A DNA stretch of 64,000 bases from Octopus sinensis. Its lineage: Eukaryota. The notes beneath the pieces were generated by a model. It was not told the origin of the DNA, searched no databases, and saw only the letters and a list, made by a program, of their open reading frames with translations. The stretch is taken from NCBI RefSeq assembly GCF_006345805.1, contig NC_042997.1, positions 55,490,001 through 55,554,000 on the forward strand, read 5' to 3'. A program made the position numbers and the translations under genes. The first letter of the stretch is position 1. Each line of letters opens with the position of its first letter. Positions 13,528 to 27,690 of the stretch are shown here, piece after piece.

Positions 13528-13922
13528 TAAGGCGGCGAGCTGGCAGAAACGTTAGCACGCTGGGCGAAATGCTTAGCGGTATTTCGTCTGCCGTTACGTT
13601 CTGAGTTCAAATTCTGCTGAGTTCGACTTTGCTTTTCATCCTTTCGAGGTCGATTAAATTAGTACCAGTTACGCACTGGGGTCGATATAATCAACTTAAT
13701 CCGTTTGTCTGTCCTTGTTTGTCCTCCCTGTGTTTAGCTCCTTGCGGGTAGTAAAGAAATAGGTATTTCTTTTGTCTTCATGTTCTGAATTAAAATTCCG
13801 CCGAAGTCGACTTTCATACTTTCGGTGTCGATAAATTAAGTACCAGTTGCGTACTAGGGTCAATCTAATCGACTGCCCTCCTCTCTCAAAATTTCCGGCA
13901 TTGTGCCTAGAGTAGAAAAGGA
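13528..13922 (+). mobile_element. tRNA-SINE followed by a headless second monomer (dimer-like)
   Basis: AAGGCGGCGAGCTGGCAGAAACG head and central GTCGA block, repeated at 13790-13870, ending GTGCCTAGAGTAGAAAAGGAT like the 776 copy. Confidence 0.88.
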
Positions 13923-14105
13923 TATGTTTCATTGATACAAATACATTTGACCAAATCAGCAATTAAGAAATTTTCAAAAATATAACTGATATGACTGAAT
14001 TAATGTTCCAAATAAAAGAAATATGTAAATGAAGCTAAAATGGTAAATAAAGCTGACAAAGTTAAGATGCCATGTTAGGTACGCACACATGTACAATACA
14101 TACAC

Positions 14106-14141
<36 letters not shown>

Positions 14142-14145
<4 letters not shown>

Positions 14146-14286
14146 CGGGTTGAGTCGGGGTTAACCACAGTAAATAAGGTACTCAATACATAGCAGAGTA
14201 AAGTAATTTATTTCATAGAAGGAGCTTCTACAGGACTAGAACTGTTTCATTCAGATGAAATCTTCAGGAAGATGTTCCTGAAGATT
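14142..14286 (-). mobile_element. Penelope-like pLTR fragment inserted in (TA)n, with a short terminal inversion
   Basis: (TA)n on both sides; hammerhead core followed by AAATAAA on the minus strand; TCTTCAGGAA-GATG-TTCCTGAAGA fold-back at the right end. Confidence 0.7.
14225..14271 (-). ncRNA. Type I hammerhead ribozyme (minimal)
   Basis: Minus strand CUUC-CUGAAGA-U-UUC-AUCU-GAA-U-GAAA-CAG-UUCUAGUC-CUG-UA^GAAG: 4-bp helix I, full core, A-U plus 3-bp helix III, GUA cleavage triplet. Confidence 0.7.
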
Positions 14287-15903
14287 ATATATATATATAT
14301 ATATAATACACACAACGTATGTATACATATATGTAATATATGTACATACACATACAGCCATGTATGTATATCTGCGTGTTATGTGAGTCTTTGTGTATGT
14401 GACATATATATAACAGGCAAGTTTTTTTTTTCGTGAAATTTACAATGTTGCTGCACCCCTACATGCTGCATAACCTTCGTAGTAAAACCTTCTCAGCCTT
14501 CGATTGAAGTCTATAACGTCTGCAATGACTCCGAAATGGGTTTGGTGATGGGAATGACAACAATAACAATTACATTCTTGTTGTGAAGGATTTTTAGCAT
14601 TTTGTTCGACTGAGTAACACCAGTGTTTTTATCTAAGCCTATCTTTACCGCACCTCTAAAATAATAAAAAAATAATATATAAATAAAATAAATAGAGGAA
14701 AAATGAATAGAAAGAGAAGCTATATATATATAAACCGACGAAACTGGCTAGTCGTCTAAAGCCCCCAAAAGCCAGCGTGTGACTGAAATGAAATGCCATG
14801 GAAGGCTTCTCTACTGCCAAAATGGCATCGTTATAAATATATAAAAGTATAAATGAATGAATGAATGAATATATGAATACATTAATATATAAGCGGGTAA
14901 ATAAATAAATAAATCGATAAAGAAATCGAAAAATACATTCAAAAATTAAAGTGGACTAATGATACTATACACCCAGACGTACACAGATTTTTTTTTAATT
15001 AGACTCATACGAGTACATATCTCTATATATACACACACACAACACAGATTACTCACCTAGACATTGAGAAACAGAAAAATCACATTTATTCACACACAGA
15101 CAGACATAACATACATTCATATGCAAAAGAAAAAACATAGAACACATGATTCCTGGCACACGTTTGCATTGAACAATATAGATGCACACGTGTAAACATA
15201 TTTTCCAATACGCATGCACAAATGCAGGCAAAAATAACAATGGCAGGCATAAACACGTATCCACCTTATCATGTGGAGATGCATTCGTGCGTTGTCGCTG
15301 CAATCTACTGAACGAGTATCAGCCACTCATTGCGTCAAGTTTGTGTGAGCGTGTAGATGAGAATTGCCAAATCTTCTTAAAATCACTCTCTACCGTCTTA
15401 TAAAAGGAAGAATATCATCACATAAGATGATCCTACATAAACGATGTTTCAACAGAAATTGGAGGAGTGATCGTATGTGAAGGTCCTTTCATCAACGGTA
15501 TGCTCCATCAGGTTTTACCAGATATCATAACGAAAACGATAGGACTGATAAAAAACAAGTTATCTCAAAGAACCCCAGATGATTTCAAAATTAAAGTGTA
15601 ACTTGATACTTTTACACTGCCAAGAAAACCAGGTATCTGAACCAGGTCAGCAATGGAAATGATCTCTACATTTTCAGCTATCATTTCAAATACCTGGTTT
15701 TCTTTAACTGTAAAAGTACAAACCATACATTACTTTTGAAATCACTGGGGTTCATTGACAGAACTTATTATTTAGTTCTATCGTTTTCTCTCTCTCTCCA
15801 CATACATACGTGTATGTATGTATGTATGTATGTATGTATGTATGTATGTATGTATGTATGTATGTATTATGTAGGTATGTATGTATTATGTATGTATGTA
15901 TAT

Positions 15904-16068
15904 GCGATGGTGTGGCTGTGTGGTAAGGAGTTTGCTTCTCAATCACATGATTTCCGGTTCATTCTCACTGCGTAGCACATTGGGCAAGTGTTTTCTACTA
16001 TTGCTGCAGGCCAAGCAAAGCCTTGTGAATGGATCAAATAGGTGGGAACTGAAAGAAGCCCATCGTAT
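15904..16068 (+). mobile_element. CORE-type SINE 5' half
   Basis: GTGTGGCTGTGTGGTAAG head, TTGGGCAAGTGTTTTCTACTA and GAAAGAAGCCCATCGTAT. Confidence 0.85.
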
Positions 16069-16415
16069 GAAAGCCAGAGCGAATGAATGTTTAGGACACA
16101 CAGTGAAGATTCGAGGAGATATCTATGTATCTGTCTGCCTGTCTGTCTTATAGAAGTGACGAACGGTAACAGAGAAGAGAGAAAGTTTCTCGAATAAAGC
16201 AAAAAAGGATGAAAAGTTATCAGCTCACGATTGTGGGTTTCTATGAAGTGAAGCCAGAGATAGCAGTGTACATGCTTGCGCCAGATTATGTATTGCTTCA
16301 TATTAGACATGAGATGACGGACGTTGGTACATGCATTTCGTTGGGTGATCGGCGGAAGTTATCGGGAAAACACTGCAGTAAATCTGTACCCGCTTATGAA
16401 TTTTCATATTTATGT

Positions 16416-16446
<31 letters not shown>

Positions 16447-16527
16447 CCTACGCATGCACGCATACACACACACACTCACACGTACACATACACGAACATG
16501 CAGCCCCCCATCCACAGACACATAAAT

Positions 16528-16792
16528 ATGAATATATACATATATTTTATCTTTTACTTGTTTCATGAATATATACATATCTTTTATCTTTTACTTGTTT
16601 CATGAATATATACATATCTTTTATCTTTTACTTGTTTCAGTTATTAGACTGCGGCCAGGCTGGAGCGCTGCTTCGAAGACTTTTCAGTCGAATGAATCGA
16701 CCCCAGTATTTATATTTTATGTCTTGTATTTAGTTTATTGGAATCTTGTATTGAACTGCTAAGTTAAGGAGACATAAACACCCCAACACCGG

Positions 16793-16795
<3 letters not shown>
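16528..16795 (-). mobile_element. CORE-type SINE 3' half with a triplicated 37-bp tail junction
   Basis: TTTTACTTGTTTCAGTTATTAGACTGCGGCCAGGCTGGAGC matches the family tail; a 37-bp unit starts at 16528, 16565 and 16602. Confidence 0.85.
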
Positions 16796-16831
<36 letters not shown>

Positions 16832-17229
16832 AAGCTTGTGTCAGTTTGAAACAGTTTAAATATATTTTTATAGAATTAATAAATGCATTGTGTCAAAAAC
16901 GTTTTTCTTCATTTTTTAAATATTTTTTACATATGTATGCATGTGTGAAGGTGTGTAGAACGGTGCCTACAGTGTTGCACTCACAATTGCGAATTCGTGA
17001 TTTCGAATGCCGGACCGTGAGCTGTGTTCTTCAGTAAAATAAAACTTCATTTCACGCTGCTCCAGTTCACTCAGTTTTAAATGAGTAAAATGAGTAACCC
17101 TGCGACGCCATGCTGTCTTGTCCAGTGCGAATAATTTGATTTCAGTTACTTATACACCACGGGAACCAGGGAACCGGCCCTAAGACACGAGATCAGAATG
17201 GCTTATATATATATATATATATATATATT

Positions 17230-17490
17230 GGTAAAAATGGTAAGACAACAAAAGAAAGAAAGAGACCTCGATATTATGTAAATAGAGGAATTTATCTGTA
17301 AATGTAATATGTGACAATTATTCGGTAGCCATGATAATACTCCGAGTTTCGGACGAAAAAAATTTTTTCATAGCATTTTTCCGATGGCTGGATAACTGAA
17401 AAGATGGCGGCGTGTATTTCCACTTCGGCATCGGAAACTCGGAGTTTTATCATGGCTACCGAATAATTGTCACATATTACATTTACAGAT
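17230..17490. mobile_element. (TA)n-flanked insert with 57-bp inverted arms (PLE-pLTR-like or MITE)
   Basis: 17294-17350 is the reverse complement of 17434-17490 with one mismatch; the left arm extends ~65 bp further; (TA)n lies on both flanks. Confidence 0.8.
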
Positions 17491-18479
17491 ATATATATAT
17501 GTATGTATATATGTATATATAAACATATGCTATGAGTCTCTGTGTGTATACTTTTTTGTCAGTAACATTTTAGCATTTCAAGCTGTTGAATTTGTTCCAC
17601 TCCATAAGATTTACTTTCTTACTACAAGAGCTTCCCTATTTATATATTTCGTTTGTCTTTTGTAATTGAAAGTTCATTCTACTTTCTTAATACTTAACTA
17701 ATATCTTAATAATCATAAATTTTGACGACTTGCCGCGCATCACAACATTTATAAGAGGTTTCGTGATCTTTATTTTAGCACGAACAGGTAAGTTGCTTCC
17801 ATACTATAGAACAATGACACTTAAGTTTGACTTGATTGTTTTTTCCACTAAGACCACTATCTCTCTAAATTTTCATACAAGGTCTCCACTTACTTGCTGG
17901 AGTTGTTCTGTTTATCTTTTGTATTCAGAACTTCATTCCTCTACCTTCATTGTTTCATAATATTTTAATGTTCGTAAATTCAGATGATTTGTCCGGCATC
18001 GCAACAGCCATAATTCTTATTTCTATGCTACTTTAGCGTGCGCTTTACCGCAGTATCTGTCGTCCACGCTGTGAAATGACCTGATCTGGGTTAGGATTAG
18101 GATGAGGAGCATTTTGAATTTTCAGAATCAAAATTCAGAATGCTAAGGGTGTTAGTGCCTCCTCATCTTTACACAAGAAATGTAGTTCTTTATGAATTTC
18201 AGCAGTGAATCATATCCGTATAGTATTTTGGGAGTGATAAACATCATATTCTTATTTTCCTGTTATTTCGGCATTTTTGTTTATTTCATCATCTACTAAT
18301 TATCAACTTTTATCGGGTTACTTTTACCTCCATCAAGTCCGTCATTATTGACGTCTCGAGTACTCTCACATATATATAAGAAATACATAGGTATATATAT
18401 ACATGACTTCAAAAATGTAATTGCCAGTGATTGTTGGCAATCTTTTTCTCCTTCGTCTTGGACCTTCCTGTTTCTTCCT

Positions 18480-18514
18480 GTTTCCGAAGAAGAGCTATGC
18501 TCGAAATGTAAAAC
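18480..18514 (+). ncRNA. Decayed minimal hammerhead of PLE-pLTR type
   Basis: GTTT-CCGAAGA-A-GAGC-TAT-GCTC-GAAA-TGTA^AAAC; two transitions away from CTGAAGA/GAAACGTA, with helices I and II intact. Confidence 0.55.
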
Positions 18515-19796
18515 TTCTACTGTTTTCCTTCTATCGTCTTACTAATACCTTGCTTGTGCCACGTCCAAACATTTGCTTGACTAAAGCCTTACATAGAGCC
18601 TTTTTTGTATGTTAGAAGTAAGTAAAAATTCTTGTTGAATTGGCGGTGTTGGGAACACCAATAGACAACCAGTTTTCGTTCCAGTGGTTTACTGTCAATA
18701 GTTCAAACGAGAAATTTACTTTCTTAGAACCAAAGAAAATAATTCAATCAGTAACCTACCATAAATTATTTATGTACCTATATCGAATTTATTCTTCCTT
18801 TTTAATACTGTACAGTGTGATTTAATAGAAAATTTGGTTGCAGTTTCTAGCAGGTTAGCCAACTACATAGCATGCGTTATGTGATTTGGCCATCTGGGGT
18901 AATTGATTACGAACTATCAATCTTTCGGTTAGACAATCATACTCTCTCTTAAGGATGCGGCTGCTCATGTTTTCTAAGAAATTGCAGGACGACGGAGAAT
19001 TAAAACTGACATATAATTTAGTATATGAAATATCTGGGTTTGTATCGGCTGTAGTTTCATCCTTTCTGTATAGCTTTTTCCATAATCTCCGTCTTCATAA
19101 AATATTCTTATTCAGGAACTTACGTGCAAGTTAGGTATTTTGAAAAAAACATCATAAATATATGCCTGTTCTGTAATTATATTAAATGTATTTTCTTTAT
19201 TTTTGCAGTTATTCAGTATTTTTTATAATTTACAGAATTTTAAAAAAATAAAGTATGTACGTTACAGTGTTTAATGTCTATCTAGTTAAAATTTCACTAA
19301 TGACTACACTGATCTTTCATAAATTTGATAAAGTAACTAACGTTGCAATTGTTTGTACATTTCCCTTTTCTATCTTTCTATTATATATCAGTATGTTACT
19401 GCGGCTTTGTGCCTAAGAATGACATCAATATGCAAAAGAATGAATATCTGAATGTGATAGTCTGACAAAAGCAAATTTATTAAGAAAATTAAAGCATATT
19501 CTTATTATTTTAGTTACCCAAAAATCTAACTTTTTCCTTCAAATTCAAAACAAGAAGAAAAAAATCGTTTCCAATTTTCAAATTCAACAAAACTGATATT
19601 AAATAAACATAGAAAACAGCAGTGACAAATAACGAAGTCTACATTTTGTTGTGCGTTTAAATTTCCTTGGAGATTTAATTGGCATTCTTTCAAGGCGGCG
19701 ACCAACGATTTCAGGCTGTTTCTCTGCTGAATATATTAGGAAAATTCCTATTTTTAAAACAATACGTAAATTATAAACAAATAAACACTTCGTTTT

Positions 19797-19889
<93 letters not shown>

Positions 19890-19981
19890 TACACAGATAG
19901 ACAGACAGATAGATAGATAGATAGATAGATAGATTGATAGATAGATAGATTGATAGATAAATAGATAGATAGACCGCCTGC

Positions 19982-20037
<56 letters not shown>

Positions 20038-20144
20038 CAAAAATATTTCAAAACTCTATGCACAAAAGCAGGAGAGCCTCAGTGCTGAACCGTAGAGAAT
20101 CCACAGAGCATGTACACACAAACACACGCACAAACACAGACACA

Positions 20145-20216
<72 letters not shown>

Positions 20217-20356
20217 TATATATATATGTACATATGTATTTTTTTTTCTGTGTGTGCATGGTGTGTATATGTTTGTGCATTATGTATGTGTGTGTGTATA
20301 TATATATATAGAGAGAGAGATTTACATATATATAGATATATGAACGTATGTATACG

Positions 20357-20432
<76 letters not shown>

Positions 20433-20549
20433 TCATGTGTATGTATATCTTTGTATATATGTATGAATGTATTTATACACACAAACACACACATGTATGT
20501 ATGTATGCATGCATACGTATTTTATACATAGATACGCTTTCGTAATGAT

Positions 20550-21065
20550 ATTCCTAGTATGCATCTCTTTCTACATCGTAGTTAATCGATGTTATTCCCT
20601 CTTCATAGTAGTCCACGTCTCATTTCCATATAATAGCACAAATAGAACGGTGCCATTGAAGAGACTAGCACACAAGCTCTTCTTCAGGTTAACGTTGAGC
20701 ACATATTTTATCGAGTTAAACGCCTTCCGTTTTGTTCTATCCCCCACGAAATTTCAATGCCCATATTTCCGCGGATAATTAACGAGTGGCCCAAACAGAC
20801 TTATTCCTTTACCTTCCGACATGGAAGTAATTCAGGAACGGTGGGTTATACATGCCACAAGGTTCACAGCTAACAGGTAGATTTGTTCCGTTGTCGATTG
20901 GTGTCCAAGAGATCGGAAAATGTAACTCGGAAGACCTCCACAACAATGGAAGACAAATTAAGCAATTTGGGACTAGATGATAAAGATGAATTTGATCATG
21001 AAGGAATTGGAAGGGCATTGAAACCATTGGAGCATAGCAACACACGATACTCCGGTCGATAGAGG
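20550..21065. mobile_element. RTE-clade LINE 3' fragment with 5' inversion
   Basis: Minus 20790->20550 reads AFNSIKYVLNVNLKKSLCASLFNGTVLFVLLYGNETWTT; plus 20810->21065 reads ERWVIHATRF...VVDWCPRDRK..GRPP (the downstream RTE region). Confidence 0.8.
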
Positions 21066-23595
21066 TGATGGTATAGATATAATATAGAAATATATATATA
21101 TATATATATATATACTAGCAATATCGCCCAGTATGTTTGTATGTATATATACATATATGTGTATGTATATATGTATATATGTATACACACACACACACAT
21201 GTACATATGCATCATACGAATACACACACTTGCAAAATTGAGGTTACATATGTTAATAAATTTAAAAGTAACGAAGCATATGTTGATAAGGTAACGGGGG
21301 ACTCAATACTGAGAGGTAGAGCCAAATTTATAAAGCATACTAGTGCTGATTGTAAGTTTTACTGACAACGCAGGCTATATGCAGAATACGTCGTCCACGA
21401 AACTCGAAATTCTGCTCAAACGATATATATTATATATCATGTTATATTATGTTATATTATATTATATTATATTATATTATATTATATTATATTATTATAA
21501 AATCACCACTAATTGCATTGAACTTCACTTGGGTTGTACCTTCAAGTTGTTTTACTTTGCAAATGTTCGCTCTCCTAAAGTCGAAGCAAATCGCTCCTAG
21601 AAAGAGAAATACCTTTTGCAGCTGCATTGTCGAAACTCAATTTTTATTCTCAGAAGTACTTTTAATAATTTCGTTTGATTTTCGGTTGTAGCCTGTGATA
21701 TGTTTGCTCTTTTCCTGGAAATGATCTAGGTGCATTTAACTGAGACCATTGACCGATGTTTGGTTATCGACCCTAGACACAGGTAACTTCGGTACTGTCT
21801 TAAGACACCTGAGCAGTGGCTTTTAGAGTGTCATCTGTGACATCTGTTCAGTCAGAGTAAACAGCCAACAACTGAAACAATTAAACAAGTAGCACTCGTC
21901 ATTTGGTCGCCTCTCTATGTTTTGGTACCTGAGCACTTGAGGAAGAGGTTGAATGTTACTGATAATCATCTCGCTTGAACTGGGTCACAGCGTCTGCGTA
22001 GTCAGGTAACAATAAATATAGTGTCATACATCTAGAAATCAATATAACCATCGCACGAAACTAGAAAGATATGAAGTTGTTAAGAATGAAATCGGTGAGA
22101 TTGTGCATGCCTGCTACTCATGCTGCTGGACTGTGCATCCGTACAAAGTCCTTGAGTTTGGGTTCAGACCGGCAGGACCTGAGATGCAGTGATAATGTGG
22201 TAGATGATAACACTAAAAAAAAAAAAACAATAGAAGAGCTGAGAAGAATCTGTTCCATAAATGTTGGGTGGAGGAGTGAAAATCCAACAACCTTTTAATT
22301 CTGTATTGTCGACTGACCGCATAACATATCCAGAGAATATTTTTGTTATTTAGAGGAGGTAGGATAACGGCCATAAATTTTATGCAGAAATTTTAAGAGT
22401 AAAGGATAAAAAGAGAAAGAAACTTCGACTCAGAGGCATTCTTTAGACGAAATATTTTAACGGGTTCAACGGGAGACCTTGTTTAACTCGTTGTAAGTAA
22501 CCATAGGTCAGGTGGTGGTGCTAAGCAGGACAACGGATGAAGTTTGTCACCGAAGGAGAGGTACAATCCTAGAGATAGCCTTCTGAATTGTTTCCATATG
22601 TCTAATTTTACTCACTAAGTTCGGGTCGAGCTGTGGCCAAACCTTGTGAGTTTTATGCATTACCGTATATAGTAGTGTAAAGATACTTGTTCATAATCAC
22701 AAAGTTGAACAGACCATGTGCCCAGAGCCTGAGATTGCTTGATGGCACAAAAACACATTATAAAAAAACCCTACCTAGCTGCGTTTTTTCACATCAAGAA
22801 GCTATTAGTAGCTCTTATCTTTATACTGTGTACATTAAATCATAAATATATATAGATATATATTCGTTCCAAGCTCAGAATCCTTTTACCTGAACAAGAA
22901 ATTCTCTTACCATGGGATTCCGAGAAGTGATGGCGTGAATGATCAACTTCGAAAGAATAGATAAAATTTACATCTTACACCAAAATGTTAATATATATGT
23001 GTGTGTTTCTACATGTGTGTGCCAAAGTGTGTATGTAGGTGTATGTGTGTGTGCTGGGTGTATTTGTTTAACTTTAGGTGTATTTAATTTGTACTCTGTC
23101 ATTTAAGAATTTGATAACTTTTCTATAATTTTATGTCTTGTGTTTGTTGGTTTTCATTTGTGTCGGCCTTCTGGCAAATAAAGAAACTGTTGCCTTCTTC
23201 GTCGTCATCACCTCCTGCCACCACCACCACCACCACCACCGCCACCATGGTTATATTCTATCATCATAGCCACCATGGTGATATTCTATTTTCTTTTCCT
23301 TGCCAATTGTTTTTATTTCAATTCCAACACTAAATGTGTATTGTGATTGGAAGCAGAAATCTCGCTACATTAAATGAATCTCTTTAGATCGACCCGTGCC
23401 CTTTGATTGGTAGGATCAAGTCTGATAGAATTACTTATCACAGGACTCTGGGGTAATATCTTCTTGTTGTCTGTCTAACCTTTACAGACAGTGAGCAGAG
23501 TGAAGGGTTGGGGTAGGCGGAAAGACTATATGTTGTAAAATGTGTACTGTTGGACATTACGGTGACTCTCTACATCTCTCTCTTTCTTTTTATTC

Positions 23596-23629
<34 letters not shown>

Positions 23630-23929
23630 CTCTCTTCCTCTCTCTCTCCCCCCTTGATGGGGATGCTTGTGATAGTGTTGGTGATGGTGATGGTGATTGC
23701 TGTAATAGCTGTAGTGGGATAATAGTGGTGGCAGTAATGATGGTACGAATGTCGTGAGTAATCATAGGGGTGATGAAACCAATGTCTATTATCTTATGTT
23801 TAAAGTGAAGGTAGTAGTAGTAGTTGGAGTAGGAGTAGCAGCAGCAGCGATTTTACATACAACGGTTATGGTGAAGATGCTGCCAGTGATGAGAAAGACA
23901 CAATTATGTTGGTCGTGATGATCATTCGA

Positions 23930-24275
23930 CGACTACGCGACTACCACGATGACGGCGATAACGACCACGACGTCTATGACATCTAAGATGATGATGATGA
24001 TGATAATTATGATGATGATGATGTTGATGATGATGAGGAGGAGGAGGAGAAGGGAAAGGAGGAGGTTGTGGGTGACGAAGACGACGAGGAGCAGGAGGAT
24101 GGTAGTGATGATGATGGCGATGAAGATAATGATGATGATGCTGATGGTGATGATGACGATGGTGATGATGACGATGAACACGATGACTGTGACAATGATG
24201 ATAATTATGATGATGATGATGATAAGGAGGAGGTTGAGGGTGACGACGACGCCGAAGAACAGGAGGATGGTAGTA

Positions 24276-24309
<34 letters not shown>

Positions 24310-24400
24310 CGATGACGATGACGATGATGATGATTATGAAAATAATGACGTTGACAGCTATGACTATGGCGTGCGTCGATGGATGATGATGACGATGATC
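23930..24400 (+). repeat. Compound (GAT/GAC/GAG)n trinucleotide field with an internal duplication
   Basis: GAGGAGGTTG.GGGTGACGA.GACG..GA.GA.CAGGAGGATGGTAGT occurs at ~24058 and ~24228. Confidence 0.9.
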
Positions 24401-25234
24401 TACATCGACGTCACGAATGTCTACTACAAAGTTTGAGATGATATTTGATACTGCAATATTAACGATGCCAAGATTAATGATGCAAGAGACTAATATAAAA
24501 TTGGTGGAGACACGGAAAAAAGCAGCGATCAGAGAATATATATTTAATTGCGCAAGCAGACAAAACTGTCCCATAAGTTAGTCGTTGTACCTATAATAAA
24601 TTCTTTTTTGTGACTTCATCGTTATTTTGTAATTATATTTGCTTCATTTTTAGTTATTTAAAAAAATATATTTCTATCAACTATATTACTATATAATCCC
24701 AGTTTCTCACTTGCAATGCAACGTCTTAACATTGAAACGAAACCCTCTTGATCGGGAGCATGTGTGAATTTGTGTATCCCAAAGATAAAATTAGGAAAAT
24801 TTCAGAGAGTAAAAAACACAAAAGAAATAAGCAAAGCTAAAAGAAAAACAGATAAGATGATATAAACAGAGAGATATAAGCTACAAAAAAACAAAAAACA
24901 AAAAATAAATATCTATTTTGAAAGAAACAGTTATCCCTGGCGAAACATAACGAAATAAATAAAAGTAAAAAGAGCAAGAGAAAATGAAACAACGTAATTA
25001 TAGCATTAAAACAATTTTAGGTGTTTATTACTTGGAATAGCTTGTAGAAATTTTGTACACTTCATTGAATTTCTTCCATTAAGAACCTCACCACTATCAT
25101 ACCAACAAGATGTTGTTAGCTTGAAGCGAGATTTTCCATGAAGCTTGATTCACAAATGCAATTTCGGTAACGTATGGCTAAAAGCATAGCATAAAACGGT
25201 CAGGGTAAGAAGGCTGTAAGGAGTATAAGTATGT

Positions 25235-27690
<2,456 letters not shown>

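Noticed and set aside
14735-14760. GAAACTGGCTAGTC resembling hammerhead helix III with a GUC site
   Set aside because: There is no correctly placed CUGANGA or helix I partner, and upstream sequence is (TA)n.
21110-21135. TACTAGCAATATCGCCC resembling a Helitron 3' end
   Set aside because: The match is only ~17 bp, with no hairpin or body following.
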